63,793 nucleotides of DNA, filler included, from Basidioascus undulatus (GCA_000826855.1; 3 parts of 3 records of this genome joined end to end with filler, not necessarily neighbours in it); one strand, 5' to 3'. Numbered from the whole stretch's first letter, positions 39,127 to 52,269 are shown. Numbers and translations are program-made. Notes: generated from the sequence alone by a model not told the origin.

Positions 39127-42100
39127 ATGCCCACGCCCCGGCTGATCCCGCGCACCGCGACGTTCGCGTGGTCGCCCGCGCCGACGACGCCCTCGCCCCT
39201 CCTCGCAACGGGCACCGTCTCCGGCGCGCTCGACGAGAACTTTACCAACGACGCGCAGCTCGAGGTCTGGGACGTCCTTGCCGACGAGGGGCCCGTCGTC
39301 AAGGGCTCTGCGACCACTTCCGCTCGGTGCGTGGACGCAGCGCTCCGGATGCGGATGCGGAGAGCGTGAGGGATGAGGGCTTATGAAGGGTTGGGGCTCG
39401 GGATGGGGACACAGATTCAATCGTCTTGGATGGGGGAGCGTCAGCGCGTCCAAGCCCCAGGGCGTCATCGCCGCGGGCATGGAGAACGGCGAGCTCGGGA
39501 TCTGGGACCCGGAGAAGATCGTCGCTGGCGCTGGATCGTAAGTCTCGCTCTTGCTCTAGGCAAGAAGTAGGGAATCTGAGATGAGCCGCACCTGGTGGAA
39601 GCAGCGAGGCGCTCGTGTACAACAACACGACGCATACGGGCCCCGTGCGCGGACTCGACTTTAATCAGAAGCAGGCGAACCTGATCGCCTCGGGCGCATC
39701 AAACGGCGAGGTGCGTTTCTCTCACTCTGCTATTTCTCACTTTTAACAACCCCCTACAGCAGCTGATGGCGCACACGCAACCCACAGATCTACGTCTGGG
39801 ACCTGACAAACCCGTCTAAGCCGTACACGCCCGGCCCGCGCTCAACCAAGCTCGAGGACATCACCGCGCTCGCGTGGAACGCGCAGGTCGCGCACGTGCT
39901 CGGCACGTCCTCCGCGACGGGCTACACCGTCGTGTGGGACCTTCGCGCGAAGAAGGAGGTCTCGGCGATCGCGTACGGCGGCGGCGCGGGGACGATGGGC
40001 GGCGGGCTCGCCCAGGGCCCCGCCGGCGCGGCGCTCGCCCAGGGCGGGAGGAGGGGCGTCGGTGCTGTTGCTTGGCATCCGGGTGTGGTAAGTGGAGAGG
40101 GAAGCGGAAAATGGGAAGGGGAGGGAGAAGCTGATTAGGGGTGTGGGACGCAGGCGACGAGGCTTGTCACCGCGAGCGAGGATGACTCGAGCCCGGTCGT
40201 ACTCCTCTGGGATCTGCGTAATGCGCGTGCACCAGAAAAGGTGCGTCCGGTCGATGTTCAATGGGTGGGGGGCAGAACAGCGGTTGACTTGCGGGTGCAC
40301 TGGGCCCCAGATCCTCACCGGCCACGAGAAGGGCATACTGTCGCTCTCGTGGTGCAAGCAGGACCCGAACCTCCTCCTCTCGAGCGGCAAGGACAATAAG
40401 ACGATCGCGTGGAACCCCAACACGGGCGAGAGCATCGGCGAGGTGAGTCTACCTTTGATTTGCGGAAGGAAGGAGGGTGGATTGCTGATGGGAGACTGCG
40501 CCATGCCAGCTCCCCTGCTCCCGCAACTGGTCGTTCGAGGTCCAATGGAACCACCGCAACCCGGACCTATTCGCGACCGCCTCCTTCGACGGGACGATCG
40601 GGATCCACTCGATCCAGACGACGCGGGTGGATGAGCCGCTCCCGGCGGCGGCACCCGCCGTCGTGGACCCGGACGACATCTTCGCCTCGCTGCCGCAGCA
40701 GACGGACGCGTCGCTCGCCGCGCCTGCGTTCTCGCTCAAGCAGGCACCCAAGTGGCTCCGCCGCCCCGTGAGCGCGAGCTTCGGCTTCGGCGGCAAGCTC
40801 GTCTCGACGAACAACCTCCTCGCCGCGACGGGCGTGGTCCAGAGCGCCAACGTCCACATCCGCAACGTCGTCACCGAGCCGGGCATCGTCGAGCGCGCGC
40901 AGCGCCTCGAGGAGGCCGCTGCGGACGAAGCGAAGCTTGTCGAGCTCTGCGAGGAGCGTAGCCGCTCGGGCGCTTTCAGCGAGGACGCTGCAGCGGGCTG
41001 GAGGGCGCTCCATAGCTTGTTCAAGGCCGACTCACGCGACGAGTTGATCACCCTCCTTGGGTTCTCGAAGGACGAGGTCGCCAAGCAGGTCGCGGCCGCC
41101 GTCGCTGCGTTCAAGGCGGCTGCGCCCGCGCCCGTCACGCCCGCTAGCGAGGAGTCGCCGAAGATCAAGGCGGACGATAACGAAGCGGCTGCGGCGGAGG
41201 GGGAGGAGGAGAAGGCGCGCGAGCCGGCGGTTACGTTCGCCGAGACGGTCGCCGAGTCTACGGTCGCGACCGAGTCGGGCGAAGACGAGGCCACCCCGTC
41301 TGCGTCGGTGACCGAGACCGAGACGACCGAGGCGACGACTGAGCCGTCGCTGTTTGGGCCCGAGGATCCCGCTGCCGACGGCCCGGGCAGGCCCACGGAC
41401 GACTTCTTCCGCTCCGTGACCGTCTCGACGCGGTCCGCGATCCCGGAGCACGTCCTCATACCGCACCTCTCGCACCCTTCCGACTCGTCGGTCGCCGCGA
41501 CGATCGGCTCCCCCGGCCCGTCGAGCATCGCGTCTGAGGCGCTCAAGCCGACGACGTTCCGGATTTACCCCTCGGACGAGAGCGACGCGGACCGGCTCAT
41601 CACCAAGGCGCTCGTGCTCGGCGACTTTGCGAGCGCGGTCGAGCTTTGTCTCTCGAGCGACCGCTTCGCGGACGCCATTCTCCTCGCCGTCAAGGGCGGG
41701 GCGGACCTGCTCGCGCGCGCGCAGAAGGCGTACTTCGAGCGCCGTACCACCGCCCTGCCCTACCTCCGCCTCTTCCAGTCCATCGTCTCGGACGACCTCT
41801 CGGACGTCGTCCAGAACGCGGACCTCGCAGAGTGGCAGGAGATCTTTGTCGTGCTTTGCACGTTTGCGAAGGCGGACGAGTTCGCCGCGCTCGCGGAGCA
41901 GCTCGGCCAGCGCCTCGACTTTCAGTACCGCGTCGCGCTCCAGGCGGACACGGCCGAGAGCCGCACGCTCGGGCGCAAGCACCGCACGAACGCGACGCTC
42001 TGCTACCTCGCCGCGGGGCGGCTCGAGAAGGTCGTGGGGATCTGGCTGGACGAGCTGAAGGAGGAGGAGGAGGGCACGGCGGCGAGCGATGACGCGAGCC

Positions 42101-42609
42101 TCTCGCGCCAGTCGAGCCACGCCCTCGCGCTCCAGAGCTTCGTAGAGAAGGTCGCCATCTTCGAGCGCGCGACGGGCTACGTCGACGCCGACCTCGCACA
42201 GCCCACGGCGTCCGAGGCCGTCGCGCAGACGGGCGCGAGGCTCTACAAGCTCGCGCCCCTGTACGACAAGTACCACGAGTACGCGGACCTCCTCGCCACG
42301 CAGGGCCTTGTAGCTATTGCCCTCAAGTACATCAGCTTGACGCCCAGTGACTACCAGGGCGCGCGCGGCGGCCTGTCGGACGTCCGGAACGCGAGGGAGA
42401 GACTCCACATCGCCGCGGGCGAGAAGCTCAAGGCCGCGGCGGCGTTCCAGCAGCAGCAGCAGCAGCAGCAGAAGGCGCCGACCGCCTACACGCCTTACGT
42501 CCCCCCTGCGCCGGCACCCGCGCCGGTGCCCGTGCCCGCTCCCACGGCTGCCCCCGCCGCCCCCCAGCAGCCGTCCCCCTACGACTCGTACGGCCCCTAC
42601 ACGCCCGCG
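39127..42609 (+). CDS. SEC31: COPII outer coat protein Sec31, 3' end lost in the gap
   Basis: [11 protein letters not shown]...[17 protein letters not shown]40 repeats ([26 protein letters not shown]), [20 protein letters not shown], alpha-solenoid region and start of the Pro-rich region. Confidence 0.96.
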
Positions 42610-42709
42610 NNNNNNNNNNNNNNNNNNNNNNNNNNNNNNNNNNNNNNNNNNNNTTAATTAATTAANNNNNNNNNNNNNNNNNNNNNNNNNNNNNNNNNNN
42701 NNNNNNNNN
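42610..42709. other. Artificial assembly gap linker
   Basis: 44 N + TTAATTAATTAA + 44 N, identical to the first linker. Confidence 0.98.
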
Positions 42710-42750
42710 GGGGGGGGGGGGTCTTCTAACTGACCCTGTTTCGTCTGGCA

Positions 42751-43651
42751 GGGCGACGGGAAGCCGCAATGGGACGACGACATCGATATCACCGATCTCG
42801 TCGGGCCCGAGGAAGCCTCGGAGGACGACGCGGAGGCGGGCCCGTCCACCTCGCGCATCGAGATGGACGCGGACTTCTTGGACAGCGGGGAGGTGCGGCT
42901 GTCCAAGAAGGACCGCAAGAAGGCGAAGAAGAAGGCCAAGCTCGCTGCGGAGCGGGGCGAGAGCGAGCAAACAGACGAGATGGACGCGGACGCGCTGCCT
43001 GAACCTGCGGCGGCGGGGTGGACGGAGGAGGACGCGCCGAAGACGGAGGCGGAGCGGAAGGCGAAGCTCGAGGAGTGGATGGAGGAGTACTATAAGCTGC
43101 ATTATGAGGACATGGTGCGTCGCGACCCCCTTTCTGTTCTCCCCGCCTCCATCTTCCGTTCGAAACCACATCGTGACATTGGCTCGCTTTGCTTCGTCTC
43201 ACAGATCGGCGACATGCCCACCCGCTTCAAGTACACAAAAGTCGCGTCGGACGACTACGGCCTGACGACGGAGGAGATCCTGCGCGCGGACGACGCGGAG
43301 CTGAACGCGCTCGTGGGGCTCAAGAAGATCGCGCCCTACCGACGCGACCGGCTCGCCGCGAGCGGCAAGGGCCGCTACCAGCCGGGGATGAGCGGCAAGC
43401 TGCGCGACTTTCAGAAGCACGTGCAGGCGACGCCGAGGTGGGGCGACGAGGACGCCGTGCTGCGCCAGCAAGCGCAGAAGAAGAAGGGCAAGGGCGTGGC
43501 GTGGGGAGCGGGGGAGATTGCGGGGGCACAGCAGCCGAAGAAGAGGTTGGGGAAGAAGGAGAGGTTGAGGTTGAGGGAGGCTGCGGGCGAGGGTGCGGAG
43601 GCGCATGAGGACGGCCCGTCGAGGAAGAAGAGGAAAGGCGAGTCGCCATAG
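42751..43651 (+). CDS. KRI1: KRI1 40S biogenesis factor, C-terminal part only (5' end lost in the gap)
   Basis: KPQWDDDIDITDL and EEYYKLHYEDM|IGDMPTRFKYTKV...YGLTTEEILRADDAELNALVGLKKIAPYR (Kri1_C motif). Confidence 0.92.
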
Positions 43652-43859
43652 GGGACTCGGACTTTGGTTTCTTGTCTCTCGCATCGCATGATTCCCGTCG
43701 CATCATTATTGTCATCCCCTTGTTGGTCTCTTTCAGAGGACGGTCCGCTTTGTGGGATTTGAGTGACGGGAGGTGCGCGGGTGACAGTCGCACGAGAATA
43801 CGAGCACCTCCGCTTCATCGTATGCCTTGCGTAAGTGCGAATCGTCCAGTCTAAACCCT

Positions 43860-44770
43860 TACCGCCACGTACAACTCATCCACCAATTGCGCGATAACTA
43901 CTGGGCGGCGATGAAAGCAAGGAAAGATGTAACCAGCGAGAGTTTCCTGTGGGCATTCCACAGTCCCTCGGAGATCACCGACCACCGCCTCTGTCTTGAG
44001 AGTCGCTTGCTTTCTTCCCTGCTCGATGTCGGTGTCGCAATCGAGCGCATGGAGACGAGCAGACTCATCCGCGATTCAATCGAGCAGGTCAGGGAAGCCC
44101 TCAAGAAGTTTGGGACGTTCTTGGACCTGCTTCGAAGTCCGCTCGTGACTGCTTGTATTGTTGGATCATCTTGGCCGACACAGTCATAATTTTCAGGTGA
44201 ACTACCGGACGGCACGCCTCGCCTACAGCTTGACCTGCTCCACTTCGACTCGTACCTCTCCCACTTCCTCCTGTGCCTTCGTTTCACGTTCAGCATGCCG
44301 TACCTCCCCTTCCCTCTCCATCCCTCCTTGCGCGAGCGGTCGTACTAGTTCGCCGGCGGAACGCTCGTCAAGCGCAAAGAGGCAGTCTTGCACGCAGCCC
44401 GAGCACTTGACCTTTTGCGTATGCCGAACCATACCTATTCAGCCATCATGCTCGTGCTTGGCACGCTGCTTCGTACGCGCGCGTGGGCGAGACACGCGAG
44501 CGTCCAGCTCCCGCTGAAAGAGAGCTACGCCGCCGACGTCGAGCGGCTGTTCGTGAGCCTGAACGATCTTGGCGGCTGGCCCGCCTGGTGCGCAGGAAAG
44601 CTTCGGGCGGTGCGGGCCTGGTGCGATGACGAGGCGGGCTTCGACAATCCTCCGGCGGTCGTCGAGCCGGAGCAGCCGTCCGCGCTGGCTCAACCCGCGG
44701 AGCAGACTTTCGACCCCCTCTCCTTGTTTGACTTTAGTTTGTTCTCTGTCTTTGGTAGGGATTGGATGAC
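43860..44770 (+). pseudogene. Possible 5'-truncated remnant of a fungal transcription factor C-terminus
   Basis: Coding-like fragments (LLRMPNHTYSAIMLVLGTLL...VERLFVSLNDLGGWPAWCAGKLRAV, acidic/aromatic tail FDPLSLFDFSLF) begin right after KRI1, leaving no room for a promoter or DNA-binding domain. Confidence 0.3.
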
Positions 44771-46682
44771 TTCGGCCGGTGGACGGGAGATGGGGATGTT
44801 GCGTCCTATGGTTTTCGCTCTTGGGAGGGGATGCTGCGGCGCAAGGCGGTGTTGATCAAAGCGGCGGAATGTGAAAGCACGTCTGGACATCATGCAGTAT
44901 TGTTGGTAGCTTATAGACGACAAGTGTAAAATCCAGTGTGCGACTTGTGTTGTCTATCCTGAAAGAACGATAGGGCGTGTGCACGACACTGCGGTCGAGA
45001 TTCAACGTGCCTGGTTTGCAGCAACGCACACTTACAGCATATATCCACCGTAGCGCATTAGGTATGAAATCCTCAAGGAAAAAGTTGTTTTAAGTCGCAT
45101 AGAATGTAGGTGTACTGGTCCGGTAGCGAACTGGATAACGCTCACGCTTTACCGGTTCTCCGCGCGCTGAAGTGTTGGAACAATGTCCGCCCTTCATACA
45201 TATTTGCCTGGGCGCATACATTACATGAAAGCACGTTTGATGCTTGCAGATCAGAGATTTCGGTGCGTGCATGCCGTTCTGATATCATATCTACTTATGT
45301 TTTTTTTTGTCCAATGCTTTTCAAAAGAAATGGATGGGGTTGACCAGACCTCAGCGTTGGCTTTGCCGAGTAGTCCGCCTGTCGCCCTCAGACACCTCGT
45401 TTAAGCTGTCTACTTCCTGGTCCTCTTGAGGTATCCCTTAGGGTGGCAGTAATAGGGGTAATGAAAAGATTGTATCACCGCCCGCACGGCAAAAGTAGAG
45501 TCCCTTTTGATGGACGGGCGTGACTATCCGAACGTTCACGTGCGGCTTAAGGTAGCATCGTATTCCTTCAATGTCCCCAACACAAGCGGCTCAAAGGTAC
45601 CTCCCTGCCGTGCCTATCCAAAAGAAACCCGCTCCGTGGGGACCAACACTCTCGAACACCGCCAAAAGAAGAGCCTTCTTTAGAGAAGTAATAGTGCTCG
45701 GGAGACTGTAAAGAAGAGGAGCGTTCTCGGCGGGTCCGTGGTCTACAAAAGGATTCGCCCTGATCAGTCAAAACGGTGAGGACTCCCATAGCTGCAAGGT
45801 GAAGGCTCACGGCACCTGGAGCTGTGCCGCAGGTTCGGGAGTCGGAGGGGCTCGGTCAAGCGGCGGATCAGAGAACGGATTACCAAGACAGGCAGGGGCT
45901 CGGACGGTGCCGCGTAGGGATGGTGGAGCGACAAGTCGTCGGACGGGACAGCCCCTTGCCAACTTTCTCCACGCTGTGAATTTGAATGTATCTAATCGAA
46001 GTGGTGTTTTAATAATCGGAAGAATGGGCGGCGGAAGAAGAGCGCAGTCGCGTCTCCGAAGCGATCCATAATTTCGTCGGGCAATCCGTCGGTGGAAATC
46101 TTGGGGTCGAAGTCGGTCGAACACAAGCCTGTGGTGGCCCTTGAAAGGACGCTTCCTGCCTCACCCAATGCTACATCACTCTCACACTGTCCCCCGGAAG
46201 TCAATTCCGGGGGTGCTGGCTCTGGTCGTTCTTGTGCTCATTGGTTGTTGCGGCGGGGGCGCCATTCTGTTGGTAAGCCGCGAGGCTTCCTTTTCTACGT
46301 AGCTTTGCTGGAGACATCCGAGAGAAACTCGATGATGAATTGATAAATGTACCAGGCTCTTTCGTATACCTTGCGTCGCCGGGTCTTGACGCTGTCGACC
46401 GCGTCGACCTCTGGCGCACCGCTTCCCCGTGTCGAACATCCTCGCCGGCCTCCCCCATCCCTACGCAGCCCCATTAGATCCTCCGCCCGCTCTGGCGGTT
46501 ACATAGACATTCCAACGCTCGACGAGCATCCCGAGAATGGCGACCTCCGCGCCCAGTGTGTAGAGTAGCTGAAATGTACTGACAGCAGTGTCGTGAGTGT
46601 ATTCATGTCTACAGAACATTGATACCTTCAGCTTCACAATACCACGCTTCACCAGGCGCATTCTTTGCACCCCACGCGCCAG

Positions 46683-47594
46683 TTAGTTGCTCCCCAGCTC
46701 CCAGAGCGTCCCGTTCCTGGAAATGCAATGATCGCTGAAGATGACATCTTTGTCAATCAAAGCCTTGCAAATCTTTCCGAACTGCAAAGGGGTTAAGCGT
46801 TCGCGGCAGCGTCGTGTGAAAGCAACTAGGTCGCTCTGGGCGCTTTGTCTGTTTCTCTCGTGCTGATCGCTCTCAGGATCCAAGAGGTCGACGCCAAAGA
46901 GCAGGATGATCCTCTCGAGAGACTCGACTGCTTCGATAAGCTTTTGAAGGCCTCGGTAATAGTCGCCGCTCAAAGCCCATCCGGGATATGCGCAGAGGAA
47001 ACAGACAGATTCGTGCATCGGAAGAAAGGGCGCACGAGCAGGAGAGAGTCGAAGTCTATTGTTCCGATAGCTAGGTGGGTAAGGCCTATTTGGAGCATAA
47101 GAAGACAAAGAGGTATTCAGCTCATCGAGGCCACACTCTCCGAAGAAGCAGGCTTAGACGACGTTCGGCATGGGGATATCCGAGGGGAATCTGTAGGTCG
47201 CAAATCGCTCGAGATTTGGAGTATAAGTACCGATGTCCTCCAAGAATGGGCGCCTCCCCGTGTTGAGGTTCTGAAACCCCGAGTCTACATAGCCTATAAT
47301 CCTGAATCCCGAATCCGCTTAGGAAGACCGACCGCACGAGCAGAGTAAGGCGAGGCCACGCCTCGAAGGTGGCAAGAAAGCTGAGGAAGCGACGCCCGTC
47401 GGCGGCTGGCGTCAGCGGCAGAAAGTCCACGCATGCCTATAGAAGCGGAGTCGCATGACGGTTAGGTCCCTCGAGACGAGGCACAGCAAAGCCAGTGTGG
47501 CCGAGTCCGAAGTGTATGCACGAGGATACGGCGGTGCCGCCACCTCATCGACAATGAGCTTCAGAACGTCAAGCGGAAGCGTTGGAGCGGGCAT
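46683..47594 (-). pseudogene. F-box-like/RNI-like gene, frame-disrupted
   Basis: MPAPTLPLDVLKLIVDEV...ATLALLCLVSR, then FLSFLATFEAWPRLTLLVRSVFL in another frame. Confidence 0.45.
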
Positions 47595-48369
47595 TGCGAG
47601 TAACATGGTGCCCTTAACGTGTAAACGCGAGGTTAATGAAATTAGGTTTGAGGCTTTGAATGAGGTGACTCGAGCGGACTCTGGCGGCGGGATGTGGCGG
47701 TTTGAACAGATAGTCGTGGTGCGGTGGCAAGAAGCCTCGAAGGGGCCCAGCGCCACCCCAATCCGTAGCTCCAGCCCGGTTGAAATCAATTGGAACCAGG
47801 CTGAATTTCAACATGATCCAACCTGTTTCAACCGAACTCCAACCTGTTGGGGCTCTTGTCGATAGGAGCCGCGTTCAGCTCACACCTCCAATGCGCTGCG
47901 TAAACAGAACCATAGAGTTTCAGAATGCAGGCTAGAATCATATGTAGTTACGGGGCTCGAAGACGCGAGAGGATGCTCACCACCTTCCCATGAAATTCGG
48001 TATTCACATAACATCTGTGGCCTGAAAACCAGGAAAACTAGTGGCTCGAGAAGCAGGGCACAAAAAGTAATGCAGACCAGAGCACGCAGCTCGTCCGGCA
48101 TCACCAGACTCTTTCAAAATCAACTCAAACCGCTGCGACTCTGTCCTGTTTCATTTCTTTTTGTAGTGCTGAATGGGCGGCACGGCCTAGTTACCTTCAA
48201 CCATCTTCTCCCGCGTCGCGGATCTTGTTTTGATTCTCTCTGGCATGCACTGGCTTGCTTTGGCTTGCTGTGGTCTCCTTTCCTTTCGACCATCACGGCA
48301 TTCGCCTTCTTGTGTTCCTCCTCCTACCCCCTCTCACTTCATACAAAGTCTACTCATAACTCGGCAGCT

Positions 48370-49500
48370 ATGCGCGCTTTCGATCGTTTCCCAAATCTCA
48401 TTTCTGAGCCAATCATTCGCGACGAAGGATCTCGTTCATCTTTCTCGTTTCGCGCCGACTGCACGTCCTCGTCGAACAGTTCCTTTACAGCACAGTGGGG
48501 GATAAAGACTCCCTGTCCCTCTTCCTGCGAACGGTCTCCGAGCGGCCGACGCTCGCCACTCACGTAGGTGAGATTCGCGCGGCTTTGAACGACCCAGACG
48601 AGCTCGACGCAGACTCTGGGTTCATGCACAGACGCCCATGTCATCGACCTTCTGCGACTCGTTCCCAATCTTTGGGTCCTCGTCTGCGCCGTCGCCCTCC
48701 CGTCCAAGCCCCTACAAGAGGGCATCGCTGCTCCGCCTGCATCGCTCGCGCAGGGCCTATGCTCCTTACACGAGCTTCACCTGTCCTGCTCCGACCGCGG
48801 CCATGTTTTCATAGTTGATGACAGCTTTCCGTGCTTTGCGTTACCTTCGTTGCGCAAGCTGCCGATTCACCGACTCGCGCTTCTCTTTGGAAGCCCGCAT
48901 ATCAAGGACATGCGCTTTCTCAGCGGTACCTCCACAGTCGAGGCAGCTCACTGTGATATGCTGCGATGAAGTCAGCCCCACCTTCCTAAGCCGCATCCTC
49001 CGCTGCTCTTGCGCACTGTCTCATGTCACGCTCTGCATGTTGAACGAGCCAGACGACATCAATGCGGTGGTGCACGACGGCCTGCTCCCGTACTCGCGCG
49101 AGACGATCCAGCAGCTCGAGTGATGGGGATCAAAAACCCGGCTCGGGGACTGCCCTACGATTTCCCATCTCTCTGACACTTTCACCTGTCTATTAGACAA
49201 CTCTTCGGCCTGGACAGCCGTTATCTTCCGCCTCGTCGCTCACCCGCTCCCCCCTCGGCCTATCCTTGCTGAAGCTCTCGCCCGACCTACGTCTCACAAG
49301 AGGGCGGGAGTCCGTCCAAGGTATTTTGGACTTCCTGGGAAGTAAGCGCACGCTCGCGCCTGGGCTCTTACAACTAACCATCGAACATCGGCTTTGGATA
49401 GACAGAGAAGCCCGTATTTGTGACCCTCCTGCGCAATGCTTGCGCCACAGCGGGCGTAAGGGATGTGGAACTGCATTGGATTGCGAAGGCGATCTTGAGA
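48370..49500 (+). pseudogene. F-box-like/RNI-like (LRR) gene, frame-disrupted
   Basis: Fragments in different frames: FDRFPNLISE, SLSLFLRTVSERPTLATHVGEI, VIDLLRLVPNL, FRALRYLRC, LLQLTIEH. Confidence 0.4.
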
Positions 49501-51739
49501 GTGCATGACAATCAGTGTACGGTATGACTGGCAGGGCTGGACCGCGAAGGCGGTTTTTCTGATGCATCAACTCTCCAGTGTGACTGACTCGTCCATGCGA
49601 GGCTGCAGTGTGCCTCGATCACCGCCGTGTATATGCTTGTGCAGGGGCGTATCAAAAGGACTGTTTTACATGATTCCCCCCTTCTGTCTATTTCAGTCAC
49701 GGCTCGCCGATGGCGAGGCCCACCCTCTCGTTTTCCGCAGACTCCAGCGGCCTGGCCTTGTGCAACGGGATCTGGCAACACCTTTGTTGAATTGCTGCCG
49801 CGGGACTTCCGTGGGTGCATTTAGAGCCGTCCACGCCCATACGGCCTTCGTAGTCAGAAGGCAGGATGAAATGTAGGCCGCGTCCACAAACGCCCGGCGG
49901 TGTCGATGTCCAAGGTTGCTTGCTGGGAACAGCGTCGCTGAGCGCCAGTGAAACTTGTGGACTGTCCAGTCCAGTCGCCGCGCAGACATATCCCGCAACA
50001 GTACCAAACTTACCAAACTGTGTATGAAACCTCCAGACCTCTTCCCCTGAGGGGTGACAAGAGGCTGAGAAACGCACCGTACTCCCAGCCGTGTGTACTG
50101 TGGGCACCCACCGGCATCGTCGCCCGCTGGGCTTGCAAACGGGGTGTGGGGAGATGCGCGCATGAATGTCACTGGTGTCCGAATGGGCACAGATGAAGGG
50201 TGGTTTAGAGAAAGACAACGAGAGGCCGACGGCACAGACGCGGAGTTTTCGACAATCCTGTGCCTCTTTCGCAGGGCACAGGTGTTCGTGCCAGACTGCC
50301 TTGGCGGAGGCTCATCCGCCTTTCTCAATCGGTTCGGAGATCTCCAGTATCTTAAACAGCGTTGAGTCCGACTTTTTCCCAGGCCCAATTAACACCCTGG
50401 TCAGTAAGGCCTGAGCGGGGAGCCACCCGCACCCGCCCGCAAGTGAGCCCGGCAGCTGTCAGGTCCCATGCGCATCAAGGAAATTCAACAGAAAGGGCTG
50501 CGCCAGAGCAAACGCAGAAAGAAGTGGGAAAGCCCCTACCGATTTCATCAGCTGAGCATTGGATGCATGCGATGCAGCTGCACTGCAGCGAACTCCGTCT
50601 GTTGGGCGTCGTCTGACCTGGGCCATTACACTCGGAATGCTGTATGCTGCATTCCCCTGCCCAGAACTCCGAACGGTCGAGGATCAAGGCGTCGCCTAGC
50701 GAAGATTGGCGGCGCTGCGGCTGTGTCGATCTGCCGTCTGCCGTCGCCGCGCCGTCGCCCCGAGTTCGTTGCGGGGGAATTTTTGGGCACAAAGAGAGGA
50801 TGTTTAGAACATGCGTTCCGAAAAAAATTACCATCCACATGTAATGAGACGAGAATGATGGAGCTGCTCTGTGGATCGACTGGAAGCTGCTGCACTGAAG
50901 TACGACGTTATCCCCCCACGCTCATCAACTATTACGCTTCGGACGATGTTCATTCGGTCTAATAAAAAGTGGAGGTTTGGTCCATCCATATTCAAGCATC
51001 TTGCGATGGGCTTGAAAGAGGTGGTGTGGCAACCAGCCCGTGAGGGGCCAGGCTGGCCGCTGGGTCAGAGGCTGGACGAATTCAGAGCTCCCAATACCAC
51101 TGCGCAGTGCAGCAGATCACTTTAGGACTTCAGGCATTGTATCTCACTACCCTTATAAGTGGGGAGTTTGCCCATTTGGGCCATAAGAGTGTTCACAATG
51201 TCCCTGAACGAGAGTGGGCCGTCGAAGGATGTCGCCAAAGTAAGCGCGCTGCAGGACCGTATGGAAACACCCGCGATGTGAGGTCAATTTAATGAAATGA
51301 AATTTTGTACAAAATTCTTCAAATTGACATCCTATCTCATGTTCCACCAGCCTCGATATACGCCGGATGGGGGGCACATGAAGGACGTTGCGGAACTCTC
51401 GTCCAGGCTAGGCCCTCTTTGCATGGGTTCACAAAGTAGCATTTGTTGTGTGTGACATCTTCATAATTTAGAAAATGAGTGAGGGCATGCAGTGCGCTCA
51501 GAAAATGCCCAACGGTGTTTGGCGCTTTGGTGGGGCGGTGGCTGGGATTCAGCTTACGGTTCGTGCGTCTTCCTGCGAAAGAAATAGCCGCTCGCCCCAG
51601 CGCCCCTCTTCTTCTCCTCGAACAAATTCACGCGTACGTCCCGCCCCTAATAACTATGGCAAAGTTTGCTATGATTCCAATGCTCACCATGCCTCCTCCT
51701 CCAGGGACTTAAAAGTTGTCGCCATGGCCTTACACCGTG

Positions 51740-52039
51740 CCAGGTGTACCGTTCCCGTCCAGCCAGAGCGAACCCGTCTATTCCGGCCCCGGCTGTGTCA
51801 CGCCAGCAGCCGCGGTGCTTTGACTTGGTCCGCCCTTCCTATGCCCGCTTGTTCATGTGGGAGCTCAGCCCCGCCGCTGGAGGCGCGACCGCGCAAGCGG
51901 ATGCGCCCAGGATCGCGACGGGGTTCCTTCGTGGGCGTTTGGCGGGTGGGGAGGGGGACCGATATTCCTTTGTGTGCGTTCTTTGTTGTATGCAGATAGA
52001 GGCCGAGGGTGCGGTTGTTGCATGGGAGATTTCGCCTGG
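51740..52039 (+). ncRNA. Candidate structured RNA element of unknown class
   Basis: Nested helices close a multi-way junction; the central hairpin 51825-51962 is capped by CCGC-GCAA-GCGG; many G-U pairs that form only on the + strand. Confidence 0.4.
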
Positions 52040-52269
52040 ATCACGCTTTGAATTGCTTGCGAGATGCCCCACCACCGATATGTGTGGAAAGATCTGAGGC
52101 CAGGCAACTCCTCATGTTTGGATTTGCTCTTTGCCTCTGAGTCATTGTAAGATGCTATTCCACAACGCTCTCAGGAATTGAGGGGCATGTGCCGACCGTC
52201 TCCTGGCTTATCCAAGGCTGAGGAGAAGGCAGGTTGTACAGCTCCGAGGGAGGCGTTGCAGAGATGCCT

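Noticed and set aside
47778..47852. Short direct and inverted repeats (GGTTGAAA/TTTCAACC, TCCAACCTGTT twice) as a transposon end
   Set aside because: No partner terminus, target-site duplication or transposase was found in the window.
51962..51970. snR30/U17 assignment for the folded element
   Set aside because: The m1-like ATATTCCT is present, but the m2 motif AAACCAT and a correctly placed ACA box are missing.
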